A stretch of 64,000 bases of DNA from contig CAWDNU010000004.1 in the NCBI GenBank assembly GCA_963803705.1, forward strand, positions 704,001 through 768,000. The letters run 5' to 3'. A program made the position numbers and the translations under genes. Positions 18,840 to 29,279 of this stretch are shown here, piece by piece. Origin of the DNA: an uncultured Pseudobdellovibrionaceae bacterium. GTDB lineage: Bacteria > Bdellovibrionota > Bdellovibrionia > Bdellovibrionales > UBA1609. The notes beneath the pieces were generated by a model. That model had not been told where the DNA came from, did not search any database, and was given only the letters and a program-made list of their open reading frames with translations. Each line of letters begins with the position of its first letter. Within the stretch, counting starts at the first letter, position 1.

Positions 18840-20382
18840 TTTCTAACTCTTCTAATTTCTGGCGATAGTCTTGGTCCGTTTGTTGTAAAACAAAACTTGC
18901 AGAAGCTAATGCTTTACCACCCCTACGTGAAGCATTTTGTAGAACTGGAGCGTATTTTCCTAATTTGGTTGGAGCGCTTCTAATAGCCTTAGTTAATTTA
19001 TCAAATACTAGAGCATTATTTGCTGGACTAAAAACTCTTTCCCCTACTTTCTTAGCCGCTATTGCTTTAGCAGTTCCTATTGGCCCCATAGCTGCAAAAC
19101 CGCCTGCTCCGGTAACTAAATCACCTAGACCAAAAAAGTTGTTGCCTTGTTCACGCGCTTCTTTGTTATCTAGTAATTCCTCAATAGTTTTATTGTAGCC
19201 GTAAGCTTTCTTAGCTTTTTTATAAACTTCTTTTAAAGAAGCATCACCTAAAGAGTCTGCACCACTATCAGTAGCTTCTTCTAATGCTTTATTAACAATT
19301 CCATATGCATCTCTAGCTAGTTGTTCTTTTTCAGATACTACTAGTTTATTCTTCCAGTTAGCCGCTCTTCCCAATTCTTCTTTTAGTTCTTGAGCTACTT
19401 TTAATGGGATGTTTCCTTCACCTCTAGATGCTATTGCCTCTAAAGTATTTTCATATTGGTTACGTGCAGATCTATTTAAAGGGCTGTTATAAAAACCACC
19501 TAACGCTTCTTCAGTTTGTGTTTTAACCACTGTTGGATCAAATGAAGATAATGCTTTGTCGTCTATAGTTTTATAAATATCACCAATTGATTCACCCGCT
19601 TCACTCAAAGCTTTTCGATTACGACTCATTAAACTTTCAGTAGAGTTAGCGGTTAAACTAGGAGGCGCTATAATACCTTCATCAATTGCGTATCTAGTTA
19701 CATCTCTAACTTTATCTGCACCTATCTTATTTATTCTAGCTTTGTCAGCACCTAGCGCCTTACCACCAAAATATAAAGCAGCATCATCACTCTTATCTCC
19801 TATTTTTTGTAAAAGCTTAGATCTAAGAAGTTTATTACGAACAGCAGTCGCACCCTTACTAACGCCCTTACCAATAGCCGCTCCTGCTGCACCACCGGCC
19901 CCTCCAAATGCTCCACCTAATGCAGTGTCTTTAGCTAAACCTTTTAATGATTCAGCTTCTGAATTACCTAAACCGTATGCAGCACCTTCTAGCGCACCTC
20001 TAGCAGCTATGTTAGCAACACTCGCACCTTTAGCTGCCGCTACTCCTGGAATAAAAGAAGTTGCAATAGCGCCTCCAATTTCAGAAGCATTATATGCCGT
20101 TGGATTATCTGATTTAGATTTAGCATTTGCAGCTCTTACTTCATCTCTATTTTTTTTATATAATTCTTTTAAATCTTTTAATTCTTTATCAGTAGTTGCA
20201 ACATCATAAAGACCAGCTAATGCACCATAAGCTTCATCAGCAAATCCTAGAGTACCACCTTGAAGTAAACCGCGACCGACTGACTCTAAAGCAGAATCTT
20301 TCTCAATCTCTTGAGTATCATCCCAAGAAGGTGCATCTTCCGCCTGTATTTCAATCGTATCTTCCCATTTAGGTTCTGACAT
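18823..20382 (-). CDS. Putative internal virion (ejection) protein
   Basis: G/A-rich helical protein, RGLLQGGTLGFADE motif; position after tail genes. Confidence 0.7.
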   Translation of the reverse strand: MSEPKWEDTIEIQAEDAPSWDDTQEIEKDSALESVGRGLLQGGTLGFADEAYGALAGLYDVATTDKELKDLKELYKKNRDEVRAANAKSKSDNPTAYNASEIGGAIATSFIPGVAAAKGASVANIAARGALEGAAYGLGNSEAESLKGLAKDTALGGAFGGAGGAAGAAIGKGVSKGATAVRNKLLRSKLLQKIGDKSDDAALYFGGKALGADKARINKIGADKVRDVTRYAIDEGIIAPPSLTANSTESLMSRNRKALSEAGESIGDIYKTIDDKALSSFDPTVVKTQTEEALGGFYNSPLNRSARNQYENTLEAIASRGEGNIPLKVAQELKEELGRAANWKNKLVVSEKEQLARDAYGIVNKALEEATDSGADSLGDASLKEVYKKAKKAYGYNKTIEELLDNKEAREQGNNFFGLGDLVTGAGGFAAMGPIGTAKAIAAKKVGERVFSPANNALVFDKLTKAIRSAPTKLGKYAPVLQNASRRGGKALASASFVLQQTDQDYRQKLEELENEESN

Positions 20383-21584
20383 TATTTATACCTCAAGAAC
20401 TTTCTAGTATTTGCGTCGTAAACTGCTACGCGGCCGTCTTTAGTCATACGCTCAACTTCACTTACTTCTGTCTTAGTTTCAGTTGCTGGCTCTATAGGTT
20501 CAGCTATTCTAGTTTGAACCGTAGTTTTAAAATCTAAGTCTGAATCTTTTTGAAATGCTTTTAATCTAGTTAAAATAGTATCTTGACCTATTAAGCTAGA
20601 TGCTTCGAAAGCTAATGGGTTAGCTGGTATAATTGCATTCACAATATCTTCATCTGATTTAGATAAAACACCTAGCTTAGCCATATTTTTATAACTTAAA
20701 AGCAAATCTTTACTTAGCTGCTGGCCACGAGCTACAGCTTCTCTATTATACTTCTCAGCGCCATACTTTTCTCTCAGCTCAATCATCTGTTGAAGTTTAT
20801 TATCAAACGACTGTTTAGCTTCATACGCATTTTTTAAATCTTTAGCGTCTTGCTTAGTGTTTGCAATACCTAGTGGTGTTCTTAATTCAGAATTATCTAC
20901 ATTCTTTTTAAGTGATGCAGTGATACGCTTGTCCTGCCTTGCTCTTTGCGCTTCTATTTTCCTTTGTTCAATTTCGTATATCTTTGAAATACTAGGTATT
21001 AACTTATTAATTTGCGAAGCGTTCATTTGACTAAAGTCTTTAGCAGGCAACATTTTAGAAGCTAGTGTTTGAGCTAGTTTAGAATCTTCTGAAGTTGGAT
21101 CTTGCATCCTCTGTAATTGTTCTTGTTTTTGACTAAAGTCTTCATCAGCTCGATCCATTTGCGTAAACTTATTATCGAGAGTTACATCACGTTCAGCTTG
21201 CGCTCTACCTTTATCAAATTCACTTAGTCTTTCTTTCCTTTGATCTTCTTCACGCTCTAATACCCCGTAGGCACCCTTAGCACCACGTCCAGCAATAGCA
21301 GAGCCTAAGCCAGCACCTAATGCTTTCCAGTTGTACCCCTTAGACTCTTCAGTATTTTGATCTACTATTTCTTGCCTCTTTCCAATACCATATTTATCAA
21401 TAAGTGCAGACCTAAGAGCTTGTCTTTTGCTATCATCCATTGGCTTAGTTTCAATTGTAGTCTCGACAATTTCATCGTCACTAATTTGCGGCTTAACTTG
21501 TTTTATCTTAGTTACACCTTGGACAATCTCTTCATCTGGAGTTTCAGGGCTAACGGTTTTTAGTTTATTAATTAAATCAGACAT
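20382..21584 (-). CDS. Putative internal virion (ejection) protein
   Basis: Helical Q/K/E-rich 400-aa ORF in the ejection-gene cluster. Confidence 0.65.
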   Translation of the reverse strand: MSDLINKLKTVSPETPDEEIVQGVTKIKQVKPQISDDEIVETTIETKPMDDSKRQALRSALIDKYGIGKRQEIVDQNTEESKGYNWKALGAGLGSAIAGRGAKGAYGVLEREEDQRKERLSEFDKGRAQAERDVTLDNKFTQMDRADEDFSQKQEQLQRMQDPTSEDSKLAQTLASKMLPAKDFSQMNASQINKLIPSISKIYEIEQRKIEAQRARQDKRITASLKKNVDNSELRTPLGIANTKQDAKDLKNAYEAKQSFDNKLQQMIELREKYGAEKYNREAVARGQQLSKDLLLSYKNMAKLGVLSKSDEDIVNAIIPANPLAFEASSLIGQDTILTRLKAFQKDSDLDFKTTVQTRIAEPIEPATETKTEVSEVERMTKDGRVAVYDANTRKFLRYK

Positions 21585-22762
21585 TATTTGTCCTCCCCTT
21601 CTAGATCCTTAACTCTTTTAGCAACATCAGTTAGTGCCGCTAAAATCGGTCCACCCATTTTATTATAATCAATTGTCTTAGTGCCCTGTTCATCTTCCTG
21701 AACTGCTTGTGGTGCAACTTTTTCTAAGTCTTGGGCCATTATTCCAACTTGATCGCCAGACCCATGCTCTTCAGGCTTTTTGTAACTGTATTTATAGCCA
21801 GTAAGTTGATCTAAAAACTCACTAGCGTTAAATTCTTCAATATCCTTTTTGACATTAACATCGGATGCAGCGACAGCCGCTTCTGCAGCTCCACCAATAA
21901 GTTCTTGTCTTGCAGCACCTTGAGCTTGGAATAATTTAGACTGGTTATTGTAAGCATCAGCCGTTCCACCAGCTTTTTTATACCTATTATCAAAGTCTTG
22001 CTGGAATAAATTTTTATTATATTGCTGCTGTAAATTTCTAGTATTCGTATTTGAGTCAGCTACTCGTTGTTTTTCTTGTAAATTTAATTGCTGAGCATTG
22101 TTTCTTAAATCAACATTTTTATTTTCTACATCTTGTCTGTTTCGTGTATTGAATTGATTAATTAAATCCTTCGCTCTAGCTTCATCGCTGGCTTGAGAAT
22201 AATCTTGCTGACGTATTTGTCCACCAAGTTGCCCTGACTGCATGATTGCGTCCAGCGAGCGCTGCTGGGCTTGTGCATTAATATCCATAGCCTGTTGTGA
22301 CGCTCGACCTGCACTAGCTTGTTGGTTCTGTAATTGTGCAGCTAATTCTAAACCGGAGCCGCCTACTCCACGAGCTTGCGCATTTTGTAATATAGCTTCT
22401 CTAGAACCACGCTCTTGATTATTCAATTCAGTCTGCATGTCATTTATACGTGCTCGGTCAATAGCCGTAAGACCTTCTTGATCTGATATATCTTGCAGTT
22501 GACCTAAAGCATTCATCTGAGCATTTCTAGTGCCTGCATCTACATTTATATCTTCATATGCAGAATTATCCATCAAGATAGCATTAGCTTGCTCAGGACT
22601 AAGTTGTCCTTGTCTCACTAGCTGTTCTAGTTGAACTTGCATGTCTGCAATCTCTGGTGTTTTTAAATTCTTGAATTGGTTAACAGCAGCTTGTGATGCT
22701 TCTGTTGCATCGCCGTCTTTTCCACCGGTTATAATATTAAATACGCTATCAAATAAACCCAT
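21584..22762 (-). CDS. Putative ejection protein with C-terminal peptidase S74 / intramolecular chaperone domain
   Basis: Q-rich body; SDVNVKKDI...YKYSYK...GIMAQDLEKV.P.AV...IDY. Confidence 0.75.
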   Translation of the reverse strand: MGLFDSVFNIITGGKDGDATEASQAAVNQFKNLKTPEIADMQVQLEQLVRQGQLSPEQANAILMDNSAYEDINVDAGTRNAQMNALGQLQDISDQEGLTAIDRARINDMQTELNNQERGSREAILQNAQARGVGGSGLELAAQLQNQQASAGRASQQAMDINAQAQQRSLDAIMQSGQLGGQIRQQDYSQASDEARAKDLINQFNTRNRQDVENKNVDLRNNAQQLNLQEKQRVADSNTNTRNLQQQYNKNLFQQDFDNRYKKAGGTADAYNNQSKLFQAQGAARQELIGGAAEAAVAASDVNVKKDIEEFNASEFLDQLTGYKYSYKKPEEHGSGDQVGIMAQDLEKVAPQAVQEDEQGTKTIDYNKMGGPILAALTDVAKRVKDLEGEDK

Positions 22763-24213
22763 TAATCGTTTCCTTCTTCAAAATATTTTCTTTTACTATT
22801 AGCTCTTGCAGCTTTTTTTGCTGCACCTTTACTTTTATAAACTGTGTCTTTGTAGCCCCATAGGTCACCCGTAGGTAAAGCTTTGATACTGCTAATCCGT
22901 CTTTGCTCCGCTTCTTCATCCAATGCATTTTGCTGAGCTATTACTGCATCTCTATCTGATAAATATTGTTCTAAATTAAAATCTACGTAATCATTGTTAG
23001 CAGTGCCTGATTGAGATGGGTCAGCTAGCAAAGTATTATCTACTCCCAATAGGTCTGATAGAGCTTGCATTTGCGCGTACTCTTCTGCTGTAGCAACGTT
23101 CTGCGCATTTATAGAAGCTTCAGGATTATCTATTTGTGAGACGTATGGCGAAAAGTCTTTAAATTTATCAACCCCATAATGCTGATCTAAAAGATTGTTC
23201 TTAGACATAATTTGGTCAAACTTCGCTCTATCTAAACCTAATTGAACTAACTGATCATCTGATAAAGCACTTGGATTATTTGTATTATTTAATATTGCAT
23301 CACGAGTGCCAATTGCATCTTGTCTAGTTTGCTCAACGCGGCTATTTAAATCATTTTCAAAGTTTTTGATATATCCATTATCACCAGTAAAATAATCTCT
23401 AGTTTGATTGCGAGTAGCTTCAGTGGTGGTTTTTGCATTTGAAACATTATTATTTGCCTCAGATTTAATTCCATCTAATGAATTATAAATATCCTGAAAT
23501 GGTTTGGCTGATTCTTGTACTTTGTTGATAGCATCGGGGCTAGATTGAAGTAATAAATTATTTAAAGATGTTACACCAGTGTTTGCTCTATCTGACTGTT
23601 GCACTGATTTAATTAAGTCTTTTCTTCCACCTGCATCATCTATCTGATCAACTACAGTTTTAGCTTTGTTTATATCTTGGTTTAAGGGCTGGTAATATTC
23701 AGAAGTTTCAAAACTGTTAGGGCCAGTGTAATTAGCATTCAATTGTTTTTGAAATGCGCCCTTATCGTTGTCATTGTTTAGAACACCCTGCGCATCTTGA
23801 GCTGCCTTATTCACTAGGTCTTGATTATATTGAACAGTGTTTGCTTGAACAGAATTGTTAAAGTTATTCTGAGCACTATCTAGTGTGTTCTTAGCTTGAT
23901 CTACTGTTTCACTTACTTTAGACCCAACTTTACTTCCAAGGTCTAACGCCTGATTCTGATTTTGATCTAAATAGTCTGATACATTTGTAAAGCCAGAAGC
24001 TGTTGATGAGTTGCCAATTGAACTACTTCCACTCGCACTTGGGGTTGAACCAATCTGTACTGATTGCCCTGATAATGTAGGTGTGCCATTAGGTTCTTCA
24101 CCCTGATTAGTATTATTTATAACTGTTTGGTTAGATCCAGCGATTTGAGCTTGAACTTGTGGTTGCTCCTGTTGCTCTTCTAACTCTTCATTAGTTTTTA
24201 ATTGATATGCCAA
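22762..24213 (-). CDS. Q/N-rich virion protein
   Basis: 483-aa ORF, TTG start with AGAGGA RBS. Confidence 0.75.
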   Translation of the reverse strand: MAYQLKTNEELEEQQEQPQVQAQIAGSNQTVINNTNQGEEPNGTPTLSGQSVQIGSTPSASGSSSIGNSSTASGFTNVSDYLDQNQNQALDLGSKVGSKVSETVDQAKNTLDSAQNNFNNSVQANTVQYNQDLVNKAAQDAQGVLNNDNDKGAFQKQLNANYTGPNSFETSEYYQPLNQDINKAKTVVDQIDDAGGRKDLIKSVQQSDRANTGVTSLNNLLLQSSPDAINKVQESAKPFQDIYNSLDGIKSEANNNVSNAKTTTEATRNQTRDYFTGDNGYIKNFENDLNSRVEQTRQDAIGTRDAILNNTNNPSALSDDQLVQLGLDRAKFDQIMSKNNLLDQHYGVDKFKDFSPYVSQIDNPEASINAQNVATAEEYAQMQALSDLLGVDNTLLADPSQSGTANNDYVDFNLEQYLSDRDAVIAQQNALDEEAEQRRISSIKALPTGDLWGYKDTVYKSKGAAKKAARANSKRKYFEEGND

Positions 24214-24223
24214 ATTTTATCCT

Positions 24224-24241
24224 CTTACTATTACTTGGTAA
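24224..24241 (-). promoter_or_regulatory. Phage promoter-like box (exact copy)
   Basis: TTACCAAGTAATAGTAAG, identical to 32138-32155 and 38512-38529. Confidence 0.7.
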
Positions 24242-24248
24242 TTTTGTC

Positions 24249-24467
24249 TCAAATTACTAAAAGTCTGACGAAATACTTCGCTTCCGGCTTTAAGCCCGTT
24301 ATATGTTTAATGATTATCTGTCCGTTAATTTCTTCCCAGGTTACAGTCACACCTAGCTTCACTTCTTCGCCAGTTGATTTGTCTATGATCTGTAAAACCT
24401 GTAGGCCGTCTGCCTTAGTTCTTAACTCTTTGTTAAATTTAATATTTCCATTTATGAAACTTGCCAC
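24249..24467 (-). CDS. Small beta-rich virion protein
   Basis: GTG start with GAGG RBS; ends HITGLKPEAKYFVRLLVI. Confidence 0.65.
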   Translation of the reverse strand: MASFINGNIKFNKELRTKADGLQVLQIIDKSTGEEVKLGVTVTWEEINGQIIIKHITGLKPEAKYFVRLLVI

Positions 24468-24468
24468 G

Positions 24469-25374
24469 TTAAACCTCTAGCCACTCTAAAGATAAAGAGC
24501 ACCATACTATTTTAATTCCCGACCCTAGATTTGCGTCACCAAATGCTTGGCTACCACTATAAGAATCGCTCTTAACTTGTCTCATTCTGTATACTCTGCC
24601 TGAAGTTAAATATGCTGTTCCGCTCAATCTTAGAAAGGATCTAGTCATGTCAAAAGAATTTCCAGAGTCTGATATAAAAAAGTTGCTTGTGAAAAGCACT
24701 GGTGAATTGTCCGTTACATTAAAAATGTGTATCCCTGAGTTTCCAATTCTTTCACCATAAGACAAACCATTAAAATTATAGTGACCAGATCTGGTTATAG
24801 TAAAATCGCCTGTAGTTGTATTTAGAGATATAAAATCTGATTTATTAATTCCCCTAATCTCATTAAATCTTCTTGTAAATGAGCCAGTACTTGAGGTTCC
24901 ACTAAAATCAGGAGGATAATCGGTGCTCGATGTAGATGTACTGGATACTGACATTGTTGCTTTGTAGCTTTTAGCGCTCGCTAGGGATGCTATTTCAATT
25001 TCATTATTTGTAACTCTCGAGTCTAAGCCTGTGATATTTCCAGAGTTAAGACCAATGTCTGTTGTGTTAGTAGCTACTTCACTAGAAAGGTCAGTTAAAT
25101 CAGTTTCTACATTGTCTATTCGTGTATCTAGCGCATCAATTTCTGCTTGTAGTGCAGTAGTGTCGGGCACTCCTGGATCATAATCACTAGACGTTTCAAA
25201 ATCTATCTCTCTAATTTGCGCAGCTATGTTTTCTCTAAATGTTATGTTTTTATTAAGTGCAAAATATAGATCTTCAAAGAATGAATTGATTGGCGATATT
25301 AACTTATCAATCCATGAAGGTGCATCTTGCAAATCTTCTTTTAAAATACGTCTTTGCTCTGGAAGCTTTGCCAT
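24469..25374 (-). CDS. Tail needle/fibre-like protein
   Basis: Central heptad coiled coil (LQAEIDALDTRIDNVETDL..LDSRVTNNE) and C-terminal beta domain. Confidence 0.65.
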   Translation of the reverse strand: MAKLPEQRRILKEDLQDAPSWIDKLISPINSFFEDLYFALNKNITFRENIAAQIREIDFETSSDYDPGVPDTTALQAEIDALDTRIDNVETDLTDLSSEVATNTTDIGLNSGNITGLDSRVTNNEIEIASLASAKSYKATMSVSSTSTSSTDYPPDFSGTSSTGSFTRRFNEIRGINKSDFISLNTTTGDFTITRSGHYNFNGLSYGERIGNSGIHIFNVTDNSPVLFTSNFFISDSGNSFDMTRSFLRLSGTAYLTSGRVYRMRQVKSDSYSGSQAFGDANLGSGIKIVWCSLSLEWLEV

Positions 25375-28043
25375 TACTTAAACCGCTCCGTCATTGAGTT
25401 AAAGACTATCGAAATTCCACTTAAGGAAAATGAGGTGAAAGCTTGGGCTGTAGATACGCTAATGTTCAACCAAGATCCTCTAGCTTTTTCTAGCGGCACT
25501 AGCGTACGCAATGCTTGGCTACCACCAATACCTCCACCAAATGGGTCACTGCCAAAAAGTGTAGAGCCAAAGCTACCCTTGCTGATTGGTCTAATGCTTA
25601 CACTAGTAACATCTGGTGAGAAGTTCGTGGAAAACCCTACGGAAGCTTCAATAAATGCTGCATCTCTAAATAGAAGTGTTATTTCTCTAAATCTCTTCAA
25701 AATACCAGGATTTTCAATATCCATCGGCACCCATTTTATTTCAGTAGCAATAGGTGTGTGTACCTCGGCAATGCCATTTGCATATCCTAAGATATTATTA
25801 ACAGTTAAAACATTGCCATCAATACTGAGAATAACTGATTCTCTAAAGCCTTGTTTTAAAGTCTGTCCTATCGATACGTTGTTAGCGTCAGCTACACTAA
25901 TTAGCGTTTCATCGACATTAGTTATTTCTATTTCGTATTGTTCATCACTATAGTCAGATAAATTAAAGTTCTTACGCTCTTTGTAAACATAATCATTAGT
26001 TGGATGACCCATGTATAGTTTATTATCTCTACGGTTAACTATTCCGCATGAGCGGTTCATATTCCATCTAGTCCAGGTTTTGGTAAATGAGTTATAGACA
26101 TAAGCCTGCGTTGCATAAGAATCAGCTGTCTGAGTGACAGTGAAAAGTATGTATTGCCTTGAAGATTCATAAGCTACAGCAAAAGTTGCAGTTTCAAAGT
26201 TAGTATACTGTTCACTGGATATTTCTAATAGTTGATCTTCAATTGGTCTAGATACAACGGCTACTCCAGTATCACTAACGGCAATTACACCCTGGTCAGA
26301 AAAGGTAAACACTTGGTTGTTAAATGCTACAGCAGATTCTGGCGCTCTTAACACTGATGTTGAATCAAACAAGGTTACTCTAAAGTTTCCTACTGACTCA
26401 CCAGTAATTCTATAAATACCATCAGCTTTAAATACAAAAATCGAATCTCTTAATGCTATAGCTCTTAATATTGGAAAGTCTTGTGAACCAATATCCAAAG
26501 AATTTAAAAGTGGCACTGCTTCTGGTTGACTAACTTTTGATATATATATTCTATTAGCTCTTTCATCGTTATCTGAATTTACTGTTGTACCTGTGGTAGG
26601 TAACGTTGGACTGAAAGAAGAACCGGCAGTTGATGTAACTGGAAAGTCTGCACCACCTAACTCAATTTCTTCGATTTGAATTTTACCAGGAAGATCATTA
26701 AAGCCGGATAGGTAGTAAGCGTAGACGGTAGTATTATCTAGAGTCTTATTAACAACTTCAATAATAGATAAGGCTGTTTCATTAATGTTTTCAGCAGGCG
26801 TTAAACTAGTCTCCACTTTAAATTGATTTAAACTTACATTCTGTGTTGATCCTGCAAAATAATCTACAGTGGATATACTAAGTCTGTCTTGAAACTCTAG
26901 GCTCATGCCTGTAGCCGTAGATGTTGCAGCTTCTGTCATTGTAATTTGGGTTGCAGAATCAATTGAGGCTATTCGAGTATCTAAAGGTATATCCGTACCT
27001 ATAACACGCATCCCTACTCTCATATCACTTGTGCCTGACAAATTACTTAAGATATTAGAGGTGTTAGACCTGTCCCCAGGCGAAGTTTTGAACTTAAGCG
27101 AGTTGCTGCCAACAGAAATTAATGTCAAAGTTAGTCTCTGCTTTGATTTACAATTTGCGTAGAATGCATGATTCTTAAAAACGGCTACATCTTTAGCTAA
27201 AGGTGGCTCTTCATTCGCTTGTGCAATACCTTGCTGTGAAGGGCTAGTATAAAGTGTCGCACCCTTTAAGTCTTCAGGAGTGTTATCTAGAACTGTTAAT
27301 TCACGTGCAGTAATTTCACCAGCTGTGGGAGTTTTTTCTAATACTAGCTGAAGGTTATCATCAGGTGAAGATGTAATAGAGCCTGTAGGGCTAGATCTAT
27401 ACACTTGATAGAACCAGTTACTAGTTACCCGCGCTGGAATTGTAAAGGTAACATTAACATTCCTACTTGCACCAGCAGAGTTTGAAACAATAATTCTCTG
27501 GCTAGGTGAACCAATAATAAGATTAGAGCTAGCATCTTTATAACCCCACACAACTCTATAGGCTACTTGAGTATCATCTGGCATAAATCCAACTGAACCA
27601 GTTACAACTCCACTCCCATCTAAACCTCTTGGTGCTCCACTTTGCATTGGTGTTGAAGTTAGAGTGTCTAATTTAAATATACCTTTGGAAGTAGTGAAAT
27701 AGAAGTTTCTATTAGATTCTAAGGATCTGATTTGTGTTGCAACTTCAGGCGCTAAATATGTACCAGTGTAAGCAACCCAGTTACCATTATTATCTGAGTC
27801 ATATGATAGAGTATTATCTGCGTGAACTAGAAGTGCTCTCTTGTAATTAAAAAGCTTATTAATTTGCCCTGAAGGTAGATTTAGCTTATTGCCGTAAAAG
27901 TTTTGCCCCTTCCTAGTCTCAACGATACTTTCTTTTTCTATAACCACATTATTGGCTACAGCAAGCGCTCCTTCTGGGACCGACGAAAGATCATTTGGAT
28001 TTGTATATAAACCAGCTATCTTTAGCTTAAGTTGTTGGGACAT
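25374..28043 (-). CDS. Tail nozzle / tubular protein B-like
   Basis: 889-aa beta-rich protein; GLYTNPN..VPEGAL..ANNV N-terminus; follows the adaptor gene. Confidence 0.75.
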   Translation of the reverse strand: MSQQLKLKIAGLYTNPNDLSSVPEGALAVANNVVIEKESIVETRKGQNFYGNKLNLPSGQINKLFNYKRALLVHADNTLSYDSDNNGNWVAYTGTYLAPEVATQIRSLESNRNFYFTTSKGIFKLDTLTSTPMQSGAPRGLDGSGVVTGSVGFMPDDTQVAYRVVWGYKDASSNLIIGSPSQRIIVSNSAGASRNVNVTFTIPARVTSNWFYQVYRSSPTGSITSSPDDNLQLVLEKTPTAGEITARELTVLDNTPEDLKGATLYTSPSQQGIAQANEEPPLAKDVAVFKNHAFYANCKSKQRLTLTLISVGSNSLKFKTSPGDRSNTSNILSNLSGTSDMRVGMRVIGTDIPLDTRIASIDSATQITMTEAATSTATGMSLEFQDRLSISTVDYFAGSTQNVSLNQFKVETSLTPAENINETALSIIEVVNKTLDNTTVYAYYLSGFNDLPGKIQIEEIELGGADFPVTSTAGSSFSPTLPTTGTTVNSDNDERANRIYISKVSQPEAVPLLNSLDIGSQDFPILRAIALRDSIFVFKADGIYRITGESVGNFRVTLFDSTSVLRAPESAVAFNNQVFTFSDQGVIAVSDTGVAVVSRPIEDQLLEISSEQYTNFETATFAVAYESSRQYILFTVTQTADSYATQAYVYNSFTKTWTRWNMNRSCGIVNRRDNKLYMGHPTNDYVYKERKNFNLSDYSDEQYEIEITNVDETLISVADANNVSIGQTLKQGFRESVILSIDGNVLTVNNILGYANGIAEVHTPIATEIKWVPMDIENPGILKRFREITLLFRDAAFIEASVGFSTNFSPDVTSVSIRPISKGSFGSTLFGSDPFGGGIGGSQALRTLVPLEKARGSWLNISVSTAQAFTSFSLSGISIVFNSMTERFK

Positions 28044-28051
28044 TAAACCTC

Positions 28052-28942
28052 TTAAAATTTTCTATATTTATTGTTTGAATAACTAAAAATCCCACGACCA
28101 ACTATTTTCTTAGGTGCGCCGTCTACTCTTGGGGAAATAATTGTAAGCATATCTTTCAAGTTTCGTTCTAACATCTCATTAGCCGCTTCCATGCCGCTTG
28201 GGTCAGCCATAGCTTCTAAACACTTAACCACTGTTGCTTGAGCTAACACCTTATGTGCTTCAACTGGAATTTGTGGGATGGGAGAAAAACCTTCTTCACT
28301 AACCCAGTCACCTACTGTTAATCCTTCCACAGAATTAATAACTAAAGTCGGCGCTGACAGGGAGACTATCTGTATTTCTTCAGCACTAGTAGAAAAGGGC
28401 TGGGACTTAATTACTGAATTTAATATTGTACTAGTTGTCCATGATGCTGGAATATTACTTAAGGTAATTTCATTTGTTAGTGCATTTATTGACGTAATTT
28501 GACCCGATAAAGACAAGGTGGTTAGTTGCAAAGGTCTTTTAAAATAATAAAGTCTGACAGTTTCTGTGCTTTGACCTGAGATAATAATCTTGTTGCCTTC
28601 AATACGAAAGCCCGAAGTATTTCTATATTCATTATCTACATCTAATCTAGGTAAGTCTTGTGGCCTACCATTTACAATTGTGGCAACCTCTTTCAGTTTC
28701 ATACCAATAGCATCGTCAGGAATTTCAACGGTATAAGGTAATGACCCAGTTACAGAAATATCTTTATAAGCTAGAAAATACTCTTCTCTTACTGACATTA
28801 ACAAAGGGACTAATAGTGTCTCTAACTCATCAGTAGCTAGATTAACAAAGTCTTGATCCGACATTAAACGTTGGTCAGTAGGTAATGAACCACGTCTCTT
28901 GATTGAAGCTATTAATTTGTCTGTAGTATATGATACAGCCAT
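28052..28942 (-). CDS. Head-tail adaptor (tubular protein A-like)
   Basis: Helical N-terminus, RLYY..P, C-terminal IPVEAHKVLA helix; position in the module. Confidence 0.65.
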   Translation of the reverse strand: MAVSYTTDKLIASIKRRGSLPTDQRLMSDQDFVNLATDELETLLVPLLMSVREEYFLAYKDISVTGSLPYTVEIPDDAIGMKLKEVATIVNGRPQDLPRLDVDNEYRNTSGFRIEGNKIIISGQSTETVRLYYFKRPLQLTTLSLSGQITSINALTNEITLSNIPASWTTSTILNSVIKSQPFSTSAEEIQIVSLSAPTLVINSVEGLTVGDWVSEEGFSPIPQIPVEAHKVLAQATVVKCLEAMADPSGMEAANEMLERNLKDMLTIISPRVDGAPKKIVGRGIFSYSNNKYRKF

Positions 28943-28945
28943 GTT

Positions 28946-29248
28946 TTACTCCATTTCTTTTTTCTTACGTTTCAATTCCTCAAGTCTTTTCATTAATCTA
29001 GAATCGCCATAATCTTCTTCTTCAACTTCAGTTTCTTCTTCAGACTCTTCTTCTTCAGGAGCATCTGTTTCAAGTTTTTCTTCGACCATTTCTTTTACAT
29101 CATCAATTGGCATTTCTTCAGATTCGACTTTGGTTACTTCAACTACTGGCTCTTCTTTTTTAGGCATAAGTTTCTTAGCAGAATACTCATCCATTTCGCC
29201 CATAAGTTTTTCAAGAAGTTCCATTTTAATTTTTTTATCATCTAACAT
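28946..29248 (-). CDS. Small acidic phage protein
   Basis: 100 aa, E-rich, AAGGA RBS. Confidence 0.75.
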   Translation of the reverse strand: MLDDKKIKMELLEKLMGEMDEYSAKKLMPKKEEPVVEVTKVESEEMPIDDVKEMVEEKLETDAPEEEESEEETEVEEEDYGDSRLMKRLEELKRKKKEME

Positions 29249-29279
29249 ATTTTTTATTTCCTTATTCTAGTTCTAGTTA

